From assembly GCA_044869265.1 (NCBI GenBank), contig JBIOXD010000050.1:42369-106368 (forward strand): a DNA stretch of 64,000 nt. Reading direction: 5' to 3'. Shown here in pieces: positions 27,634-35,065 of the stretch. The position numbers and the translations under genes were made by a program. The stretch's first letter is position 1. Every line of letters starts with the position of its first letter. The notes beneath the pieces are model-generated. The model had not been told where the DNA came from. It did no database searches and saw nothing but the letters and a program-made list of their open reading frames with translations. This DNA comes from Gemmatimonadales bacterium (GTDB lineage: Bacteria; Gemmatimonadota; Gemmatimonadetes; Gemmatimonadales; GWC2-71-9).

Positions 27634-27725
27634 GGCGACGCTACGATAAGGCGACGCTATAAAAGAGCGACGCTAGGAGAAGGCGAGTTCGTTCCTCCTA
27701 GCGTCGCTTTTTTCCTACCGTCGCC
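27634..27725. repeat. GGCGACGCTA-type units: three direct, then two inverted copies
   Basis: ggcgacgcta (27634), ggcgacgcta (27650), agcgacgcta (27666), tagcgtcgc (27699), taccgtcgcc (27716). Confidence 0.85.
27667..27713 (+). terminator. Rho-independent terminator (13-bp stem plus T6), probably bidirectional
   Basis: GCGACGCTAGGAG (27667-27679) pairs with CTCCTAGCGTCGC (27695-27707), followed by TTTTTT. On the opposite strand the hairpin is followed by CTCTTTTAT. It lies between two convergent genes. Confidence 0.8.
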
Positions 27726-28558
27726 TAGCTTACAGTTACCTGTTTCACCATCCCGTGCACAAAATGCGGTGCGCCGTCATTCGTGTCGGGCACGTAGCAG
27801 AGGAAGAGATAGTTGCCCGGGGTGAAGGTCAGCGTCACCCAGCCCACTTTGCCCTTATCGGGCCCGGCGAAGCCCCCGACGGGCACTGAGACCGGCTCGC
27901 CCTTCATTCCTCCGGACATCCAGCGCCGCCAGTCAGCAAGTGTCTTGCCCGGCGCCAGGCGTTCGATCGTGAGCTCATGGAGCTGCGGCCCCGTGTTCTC
28001 CACCCGGATCGTCCGCGTTCCCGCGGTGAGCGGGGTCGATTGTTCGAACGCGAAGTCGGAGAGGGTCACCGTGAGGTCGGCCTTGGGCTCGGCAGCGGCC
28101 GCGCGCGAGGGCGGAGCAATTACGACCAGTCGACGGAACATTCCCTTTTTCACGTGCTCCGTTCCGTCCGGGCTCGGAATGAAACACACAATTTCGTAGT
28201 TGCCCGGCTTCAGATTCGCCGTGATGATCGAGCTATCGCCGCCCAGCACGACACCGGGGCCGCCGGGAAAGGTCGGTTCGATCTTGAGGAACGCCTGCCA
28301 CCATTCCGCCTGGGACGGCCTCGGGGCCGCGGCAGCCTCCAACTCCTCGAATGTCTTCCCTGGCGCCCCGAAGATCACCGCCTGGTGCGGCTCGCGGCCG
28401 TGATTCACCATCCGAAACGTCGTGAGTCCCGCCACGATCGTGTCGGGGGCACCGAAGGCGAAGTCGGTTGCGGTTATCGTCACGACGGCTGGCGGCCTGG
28501 CTGGCTTGGGAGAACACGCGATAGAAAAGAGAGCTAATAGTGTGATTGCTCGGGACAA
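27725..28558 (-). CDS. Lipoprotein with two tandem cupredoxin-like domains (putative type-1 copper sites)
   Basis: Signal LLALFSIAC. Two internally similar halves, each ending GNYEIVCFIPSPDGTEHVKKGMF / GNYLFLCYVPDTNDGAPHFVHGMV, with an upstream His (NHGREPHQ / GPQLHEL). Confidence 0.6.
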   Translation of the reverse strand: MSRAITLLALFSIACSPKPARPPAVVTITATDFAFGAPDTIVAGLTTFRMVNHGREPHQAVIFGAPGKTFEELEAAAAPRPSQAEWWQAFLKIEPTFPGGPGVVLGGDSSIITANLKPGNYEIVCFIPSPDGTEHVKKGMFRRLVVIAPPSRAAAAEPKADLTVTLSDFAFEQSTPLTAGTRTIRVENTGPQLHELTIERLAPGKTLADWRRWMSGGMKGEPVSVPVGGFAGPDKGKVGWVTLTFTPGNYLFLCYVPDTNDGAPHFVHGMVKQVTVS

Positions 28559-28678
28559 GGCATCTCCTGGTAAGTAGAGGCGTTGATTGAACGGCGTTTA
28601 ATGAACGGCGTCGAAGGGAATACGTCAAAATCGAAGACGTCGCAAGAGACGTCGAGAAAAAGACGTGTTGACGACGTA

Positions 28679-29047
28679 TCAGCGGTCCGGAGGAGGATGG
28701 TGGTAGAGACGGGTGAGCATCTTGAGAGTGAGCACGGTACCGCTCTGCAGAGAACGAATTGTTGACCGTTGCTCCTCGGATGTGGGAGCGATGATTCGGA
28801 GCAGAGCAAGCGTTTCCTGGGCTGATCCCCGCGCGTGAAGCATGAAACGTCGAAAGTCAGGAACCGTGCCCCGTCCACAGCCCTCCGCGATGTTCAGACC
28901 GATTGACGTCGAGGCGCGGACGAGCTGATCAGCCCGTGCCAGTGCGCCCGGTCCGCGGAGGCTATGAGCCAGGACGGCGCAGCCCTTCGCGACATGCTCA
29001 GCGACCTGTACAACTCGAAGCCTGGCGGGGTTGGCGCGCAGCACCAT
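28679..29047 (-). CDS. Four-helix-bundle protein (23S rRNA intervening-sequence protein / Avd-like family)
   Basis: QLVRASTSIGLNIAEGCGRGTVPDFRRFMLHARGSAQETLALL matches the conserved core of the TIGR02436 / PF05635-type family. About 120 aa. Confidence 0.8.
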   Translation of the reverse strand: MVLRANPARLRVVQVAEHVAKGCAVLAHSLRGPGALARADQLVRASTSIGLNIAEGCGRGTVPDFRRFMLHARGSAQETLALLRIIAPTSEEQRSTIRSLQSGTVLTLKMLTRLYHHPPPDR

Positions 29048-29090
29048 CCGGCCATGATTGTGCCAGCGAGCGCCGCAGCATCACCTTTGT

Positions 29091-29198
29091 TACGCCTTTA
29101 CGGTGTTTTTCTACGCCTCCTGCGACGCCTTTTGCTTTGACGCCTTTCCTTTGACGCCGTCTTTCGACGGTTTAAGTTTGACGAGTTTGTAGTTGACA
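29091..29198. repeat. Array of about 8 (T)TTGACGCC-like units spaced 12-21 bp, immediately upstream of tRNA-Lys
   Basis: tacgcc 29091, tacgcc 29112, gacgcc 29124, ttgacgcc 29137, ttgacgcc 29151, tcgacgg 29164, ttgacga 29178, ttgacag 29193. Confidence 0.8.
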
Positions 29199-29199
29199 G

Positions 29200-29272
<73 letters not shown>

Positions 29273-29344
29273 TAAGCGCGCTTTCGCCTCGGCTTCACGC
29301 CCCCCCGGTTGTCAGGGCGTGCCATCCGAGACAAATTGCGTAAG

Positions 29345-30208
29345 ATGTCCTCCCTCGTCTGGGTAGATGGGAAGTGGTACGACCGCGGCGCTGCGGTCGT
29401 TTCTGTATTCGACCACGGGCTCCTCTACGGCGACGGCGTGTTCGAAGGCATCCGGTCATATGGCGGCCGCGTTTTCCGCCTCGATGCGCACCTCGATCGG
29501 CTGTACGGATCCGCCAAGGCAATCTGGCTCGAGATTCCCATGGCGAAGGACGCCATGGGCCGGATGGTGGAGGAAGGGGTCGCGAAGAGCGGGCTGAAGG
29601 ACACCTACATCCGGCTGGTCGTGACGCGCGGCGTCGGCGACCTCGGCCTCGACCCGCGGAAGTGTGCCAAGCCGACCATCTTCTGCATCTTCGACAAGAT
29701 CCAGCTCTGGCCGCAGGACCGGTATGAAAAGGGGCTGACGGCGGTGACGGCGGCGACGCCGATCCATCATCGCGAAGCGTTGTCGCCGCGCGTGAAATCT
29801 CTCAATTATCTCTCGCACATTCTCGCCAAAATCGAAGGCATCGCCGCCGGCGTTGATGAAGTGATCATGCTGGACGCGGCGGGCTATGTGGCCGAGGCGA
29901 GCGGGATGAATCTGTTCGCGGTCACAAACAGCACGTTGCGCACGCCGCCGCCCTATGCCGGCATCCTGCGCGGCGTAACGCGGGACACGGTGATCGAGTT
30001 GGGACGCGAGGCCGGCTACACGACCGAAGAGTTGCCGATGAATCGCTACGATCTCTATACCGCGGACGAAGTGTTTCTCACCGGCACGGCCGCCGAGGTC
30101 GTCGCCATTTCGAAGCTCGATGGCCGCGCCATCGGGTGCGGTGCGTCCGGTCCCGTCACGCGCGATCTCGCCACTCGCTTCAAGGCTTTCGTGAGCCGCG
30201 ACGACTGA
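29345..30208 (+). CDS. ilvE: Branched-chain amino acid aminotransferase (class IV)
   Basis: MSSLVWVDGKWYDRGAAVVSVFDHGLLYGDGVFEGIRSY...RLDAHLDRL, and KSLNYL (catalytic Lys region). ATG at 29345 within ORF 29309..30208. Confidence 0.9.
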   Translation: MSSLVWVDGKWYDRGAAVVSVFDHGLLYGDGVFEGIRSYGGRVFRLDAHLDRLYGSAKAIWLEIPMAKDAMGRMVEEGVAKSGLKDTYIRLVVTRGVGDLGLDPRKCAKPTIFCIFDKIQLWPQDRYEKGLTAVTAATPIHHREALSPRVKSLNYLSHILAKIEGIAAGVDEVIMLDAAGYVAEASGMNLFAVTNSTLRTPPPYAGILRGVTRDTVIELGREAGYTTEELPMNRYDLYTADEVFLTGTAAEVVAISKLDGRAIGCGASGPVTRDLATRFKAFVSRDD

Positions 30209-30317
30209 TCGCAGTTTTCCACCCACAATTGTTGAAAATAGGGCTAACCCATTGACCGGGAAGGAGCTAAGCCTCATATTGAGGGCCCTTTGCCGCCGTC
30301 CGGCGTTGAGGTGAGCC

Positions 30318-30560
30318 ATGTCATGGCGGGTGATCGCGCACGGGAATCAGGTTTGGCACGTCGACGCGGTCGCCGAGCGACGCGCGAACACGGCCGCATG
30401 GCAGCTGGTGTTGGCGTTTCGCTCGGCCTCTGAAGGCCGCCGCTTGTCGTTCTGGACCGCGTATCCGCTGGAGGCCACTTCCAAATCGTCGCTGTTCATC
30501 CAGGCCGAGCGCATTCCGGACGCGGCCTTGTCCAAAGTACTTACTGAGCGTCTCGCGTGA
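30318..30560 (+). CDS. Hypothetical protein (80 aa)
   Basis: ATG preceded by GAGGTGA (30308-30314). High GC3. GTGA overlap with the next ORF. No family recognised. Confidence 0.45.
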   Translation: MSWRVIAHGNQVWHVDAVAERRANTAAWQLVLAFRSASEGRRLSFWTAYPLEATSKSSLFIQAERIPDAALSKVLTERLA

Positions 30561-31012
30561 GCACTGCACATTTGCAGGAACCGAACTCCGGTTCCACTGA
30601 CGCGCCGCGCGCCACCGACGAGCGCCTGCGATTTCACGAGTTCGGGTTTCAGCGGCTCGCCAATGGTCGCTGTCGCGCCAAGGTGGTCCTGACGTGGTCG
30701 GACGGCCGTCGGTTCGAAGGAAATTCGGACGGCGTGTCCTCGCAAACCGGCGAGCTGCGCTGCTGCGCGACGGCAGCCGTGCACGCGTTGGAGCAAGCGG
30801 TGCAGCCGCGTCTCACGTTCGAGCTGTTGGGTGTCAAGGCGGTGCGGGCATTCGATGCGACGGTCCTGATCGTCTCGTTGACGGCCCGGGCGGAGCAAAC
30901 GATCCGCCTGATCGGATCGTGCCTCACGGAAACCGATCCGCAGCGCGGCGCGGCGCTTGCGGTCTTGAACGCCACGAACCGTTTACTGGGGAATTATCTG
31001 GCAACCCGATGA
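30557..31012 (+). CDS. Hypothetical protein (151 aa) with two internally similar beta-beta-beta-alpha-like halves
   Basis: GTG start overlaps the upstream stop, and the stop overlaps the downstream ATG (ATGA). High GC3. No family recognised. Confidence 0.5.
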   Translation: MSTAHLQEPNSGSTDAPRATDERLRFHEFGFQRLANGRCRAKVVLTWSDGRRFEGNSDGVSSQTGELRCCATAAVHALEQAVQPRLTFELLGVKAVRAFDATVLIVSLTARAEQTIRLIGSCLTETDPQRGAALAVLNATNRLLGNYLATR

Positions 31013-32565
31013 CGCGACGCATCAAAGTTGTGGGACTTGTGCTACTCAGTGCACCGGTGCTCTTCGCCGGGTGCGGGGGTGGGGGCACACGCATCCCCTC
31101 GCCTGTACCCGTCACTGCAGCCTCTGCTTCCCCCGTGAAGACCGACAGCTCCGCGGTACAGCTCGGAACGGCGCTCGCGACAGTCGCGCAGGACTCCGCC
31201 GCCGATCAGTCGGCGCTCGATAGCCTGCACGGCCGCTCTGCCGACACGCTGTCGACGCCGAGGACCAATCAGCCCCTCGCCGGTGACGATGTGCGTCAGG
31301 AGGCCGAGCAGCTGTTTGGCGCCGCCGAAACGGCGACATTCGATATCGATGTGACGACGTACGCCGGCCACCGCCGCGTCCTCGAGTACCTCGAGTTCTT
31401 TCAGCTCGACTCTCGCGATCGATTCGCCATTTGGCTCTCGCGGCTCGGTCGGTACGAGGGCATGGTGCGCGCTCGACTGCGTGCGCGTGGCTTGCCCGAG
31501 GATCTGGTCTATCTCTCCCTGATCGAAAGTGGCTACTCGAACACGGCCGTGAGCCGTGCTCGCGCCGTCGGCATGTGGCAGTTCATGGCAGGAACCGCCC
31601 GGGCGTACGGGTTGCAGATCGATCCGTGGATCGACGAGCGGCGGGACCCATTCAAGGCCACCGATGCCGCCGTGGCGCATTTGGCGGACTTGGTCGACCG
31701 CCTCGGTAGCGTCTACCTCGCCGCCGCTGCGTACAACGCCGGTGCGGGGCGAATCGAGCGCGCAATCCGTCGTCTCCCGGGGGCCGAACCGGATTCCGTG
31801 GATGACCAGACCTTCTTTGACATCGCGAATCATCGGCGCAACCTGCGACGCGAGACGCGCGATTACGTACCGAAACTGATCGCCGCCGCGCTCATCGCCA
31901 AGCAGCCCGCGCAGTATGGCTTCACCGACATCCAGCGCCTCTCACCCCTGGTATTCGACGAAGTGTCGATTTCCGATGCGACCGGTCTTGATGTTCTGGC
32001 TCGCCTCGCCGATACGACCGTGGCGGCAATGCTGGAGCTGAATCCGCAGTTCGTGCGTGGCATCACCCCCCCAGGCCGGGCGGTCGTCGTCCGCGTGCCG
32101 CGCGCGACCGGCGCGCTGGTGGCCGAGCGCTATGCCGAGCTGCCGATCAACGAGCGGGTAACGTTCGTGGATCATTACGTGAGTCGCGGCCAGACACTCT
32201 CCGAGATCGCGCAACGCTACCAGGTCACCGTCACGATGCTCCAGGCGGCAAACCCGCATGTGCGGGCGCGCTCGCTGCGCGTCGGGCAACGCATCATCGT
32301 TCCAATGAGTGGGCGCGTCGTACCGCGCGCCGCTTGGAGCAATCCGCCGGAACCCAAGATCCGTCGGATCTCAAACCGCTATCGGCCCCCCCCTCCCGCG
32401 GGCACGGTGAGTGGCGCTACCCAGCACCGGGTAGCCGCCGGCGAGACGGCGAGCGGTATCGCCCGCCGGCACGGCGTCGGTTTGATGGCGCTGCTGGAAG
32501 CGAACGACTTGACGATGCGGAGTGTGATCCGGCCCGGTGACGTGCTGCTTATTCCGGGCCGGTAA
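31009..32565 (+). CDS. MltD-like lytic transglycosylase lipoprotein with two LysM domains
   Basis: The ATG at 31009 gives MTRRIKVVGLVLLSAPVLFAGC. SLT motif YLSLIESGYSNTAVSRARAVGMWQFM. Two LysM repeats (YVSRGQTLSEIAQRY..., HRVAAGETASGIARRH...). Confidence 0.85.
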   Translation: MTRRIKVVGLVLLSAPVLFAGCGGGGTRIPSPVPVTAASASPVKTDSSAVQLGTALATVAQDSAADQSALDSLHGRSADTLSTPRTNQPLAGDDVRQEAEQLFGAAETATFDIDVTTYAGHRRVLEYLEFFQLDSRDRFAIWLSRLGRYEGMVRARLRARGLPEDLVYLSLIESGYSNTAVSRARAVGMWQFMAGTARAYGLQIDPWIDERRDPFKATDAAVAHLADLVDRLGSVYLAAAAYNAGAGRIERAIRRLPGAEPDSVDDQTFFDIANHRRNLRRETRDYVPKLIAAALIAKQPAQYGFTDIQRLSPLVFDEVSISDATGLDVLARLADTTVAAMLELNPQFVRGITPPGRAVVVRVPRATGALVAERYAELPINERVTFVDHYVSRGQTLSEIAQRYQVTVTMLQAANPHVRARSLRVGQRIIVPMSGRVVPRAAWSNPPEPKIRRISNRYRPPPPAGTVSGATQHRVAAGETASGIARRHGVGLMALLEANDLTMRSVIRPGDVLLIPGR

Positions 32566-32581
32566 CGACCGGCACCCGAGG

Positions 32582-33229
32582 TTAGTGGTGCCGGAATCCC
32601 TTCATGACTTCCGTTTCATAGCCGTTCGCAGGGTTGCGACCAGCGCCCAGCAGCTGCTCCACCTTGGCCGGGCCACGGTTATAGGCGAGTAACGCCAACT
32701 CGATATTGGCCGGATAACGGTCGAGCAGGTCGCGCAGGTAACGGAACCCAATCCGCAGGTTCGTGTCCCGATCGTACAGCTGCTTCGTCGTCAGGCCGGG
32801 CTCATAGAGCCGTGCCGTGCTCGGCAACACCTGCGTCAGGCCCACTGCGCCGACGTGGCTGGTTGCACGCTGGTTGAAGCCCGACTCGACCTTGACCAGA
32901 CGGAACGCCAGGCCGGGGTCGATCCCCTCGCTGAGCGCGACGTCATAGACGGCCGTCGCCAAGTCGGCAGGCAGCCGGTAATGGGTGGAGTACTGCATGA
33001 TGGCGTCCACTCGATCGAGCTGCAGCCGGGCGACCTCGAGCTCGCCCTGCTTCGCGTCGAGTTGCTGGCGAAGGCCCCGCAGCTCGCTGATGAGCTCGGT
33101 GCCGGATGCCGGCACGCGCTCGGAGTCCGTGGTCGTGCTACCGGCCCAACCGCCCACGGTACTGACGAGCAGAGCAGCCAGGACGACCATTCCCCCGCGC
33201 AGTATCAAACGTTGAGTTCTCGTATGCAT
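32582..33229 (-). CDS. SLT-domain lytic transglycosylase, membrane-anchored
   Basis: [32 protein letters not shown]-terminal TM segment and coiled coil. Start set to MHTRTQRL (33229). Confidence 0.8.
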   Translation of the reverse strand: MHTRTQRLILRGGMVVLAALLVSTVGGWAGSTTTDSERVPASGTELISELRGLRQQLDAKQGELEVARLQLDRVDAIMQYSTHYRLPADLATAVYDVALSEGIDPGLAFRLVKVESGFNQRATSHVGAVGLTQVLPSTARLYEPGLTTKQLYDRDTNLRIGFRYLRDLLDRYPANIELALLAYNRGPAKVEQLLGAGRNPANGYETEVMKGFRHH

Positions 33230-33291
33230 ACCCCTCCCCTGTCCCGCGTCCATTTCGTGAATCACCATGCACTAGCAGCTTCAAGCGCCCC

Positions 33292-33753
33292 TCAACCATT
33301 CAACGGCGCCTTTTTCTTCTCGACGAGCTTCACTTCATCAATCACCATGGCCGCGTCGACCGCTTTCACCATGTCATACACAGTCAGCAATCCGACCGTC
33401 ACCGCGGTGAGCGCCTCCATCTCGACGCCAGTGCGTCCCACGCTCCGTACGTTTGCCCGCATCCGCACCCCAGGCAGCGAATCGTCCAGACTCGCCTCGA
33501 CCTCGACCAGGTCGAGTCCAAGCGGGTGGCAGAGCGGGATCAGCTCCGCCGTCCGTTTGGCCGCCAGCGTCCCAGCAACCTCGCTCACCGCCAGCACATC
33601 GCCCTTGGCGATGACCTGATCGGAGACCTGCCGAAACGCTTCCTGCGACATCCGAATCGAACCCGAAGCGACGGCCGTCCGATCCATCAGCGGCTTGTCG
33701 CCGACATCCACCATCCGAGCCCGGCCCGATTCGTCCAGGTGTGACAGTTTCAC
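33292..33753 (-). CDS. moaC: Cyclic pyranopterin monophosphate synthase
   Basis: [20 protein letters not shown]..., [30 protein letters not shown]. The GTG at 33753 overlaps the holB stop (GTGA). Confidence 0.9.
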   Translation of the reverse strand: MKLSHLDESGRARMVDVGDKPLMDRTAVASGSIRMSQEAFRQVSDQVIAKGDVLAVSEVAGTLAAKRTAELIPLCHPLGLDLVEVEASLDDSLPGVRMRANVRSVGRTGVEMEALTAVTVGLLTVYDMVKAVDAAMVIDEVKLVEKKKAPLNG

Positions 33754-34787
33754 AGTGCCTCGGCCAATACGGCAGCGAGGAGCTGCGGGTTCACGTTGCC
33801 CTGCGCCAGGTCTCGCGCGTCCATCACCTGCGCGATCGCCTCGACGAGTTTCTCCGTATCGTGACCCAGCCTCGCTTCGGCCCGCAGCCGTTCCGCCAGC
33901 GAATCCAGCATGTCGGTGAAGCCACCGCGCGCCTGAAATGGCACCTGACCAAGCGCGTACAGCAAGGGGGCTTCGGTGAAACGCGTCGCCAAATCCAGCT
34001 TGCCGGAACGGCCCCCATCGTATGCAAAGAGCTTGCCAATGCACCCATCTGCAGCGCTAACTCGTTGTGCCAACTCATCTTTGTCTTTGACACCGAGCGC
34101 TTGCTGCGCGAATGCTGTCACGTCACTGTCGGCGATTCGCGCCACACGAACCAGCACAACACGAGAAAGAACCGTCGGGAGCAGGGCATTGGGATCTGCG
34201 GCAGTGAGAATGATCACCGAGTCCGCAGGCGGCTCCTCAAGCGCCTTAAGCAGCGCATTGGCCGCGACTTCCGTCCCCAACTGCGGAATCAGACGCTCCG
34301 CGTCACCCACTATGAAGACCTTGCGCGTGCCGACAGCCGGCGTCAGCGCAAGCCGACTCAACAGCAGCCGTACCGCAGCGATCGGGTAGCTGGCCAGGCC
34401 AGCTACGGGCGCGTACAGCGGCTCCTCGCGCCTTGCTGCCATCTCTACTGCCAATGCGTCTGCGGCGAGATCGATCTGCTTATCGACATCGCCACTGCTC
34501 CCGGACCCACCCCGTTTGCCCAGCTCAATCGGCACAAACCAATGCACGTCCGGATGCTGCAACGTCAGCACCATACGGCAGGAGCGGCATTCGCCGCAGG
34601 GCTCCAGCGAGGGCCCCTCCCTAGGTGCTTGGCATTGGATCAGTTGGGCCAGCCACAGCGCGAGACGCTGCTTACCGACTCCACGAGGTCCGGTTAGCAA
34701 CAACGCTTGAGGCAGCTTTCCGGAGGCGTGGGCGCCCGCCAGTCTGGTCTTGACCCCTTCGTGCCCCATGAGGGGCGGTAAAGGCAT
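33750..34787 (-). CDS. holB: DNA polymerase III subunit delta'
   Basis: LPQALLLTGPRGVGKQRLALWLAQLIQCQ...CGECRSCRMV...HPDVHWF and KALEEPP motifs. Start set to MPLPPLMGHE (34787). Confidence 0.8.
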   Translation of the reverse strand: MPLPPLMGHEGVKTRLAGAHASGKLPQALLLTGPRGVGKQRLALWLAQLIQCQAPREGPSLEPCGECRSCRMVLTLQHPDVHWFVPIELGKRGGSGSSGDVDKQIDLAADALAVEMAARREEPLYAPVAGLASYPIAAVRLLLSRLALTPAVGTRKVFIVGDAERLIPQLGTEVAANALLKALEEPPADSVIILTAADPNALLPTVLSRVVLVRVARIADSDVTAFAQQALGVKDKDELAQRVSAADGCIGKLFAYDGGRSGKLDLATRFTEAPLLYALGQVPFQARGGFTDMLDSLAERLRAEARLGHDTEKLVEAIAQVMDARDLAQGNVNPQLLAAVLAEAL

Positions 34788-35065
34788 GGGGGAATGTACT
34801 TCCAAAATCGGTGCGCTGCACCACGTTATCGCCGTAAATATCGACAGGACAACGTGATAGCGATCCGGCGAGGGGCTTGCCAGGCTTAATCCCATTGTGA
34901 GCATGTGGTTACAAGATTGAGCTAGCGCGTGATCACAACTGATGCAAGGCTGTTACAGATCTGCGGGATCAGTGCTTTGGTGTCTGTTCGGGTTGGCGAC
35001 AGTGGAACCAGTGGATGGGTGTCCTGATGCCAGAATGTGCCAAATATGTTGCAGGACCGAAGCGG

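Noticed and set aside
28679-29047. Diversity-generating retroelement, since Avd-family proteins are DGR accessory factors
   Set aside because: No reverse transcriptase gene is present, and I could find no template/variable repeat pair with A-specific mismatches in the window. It is a stand-alone four-helix-bundle gene.
29137-29198. Assigning a specific -35/-10 promoter for tRNA-Lys among the five TTGAC boxes
   Set aside because: Several spacings are possible, and the last TTGACA ends 2 nt before the mature 5' end. I cannot pick a start site from sequence alone. The array is reported as a repeat instead.
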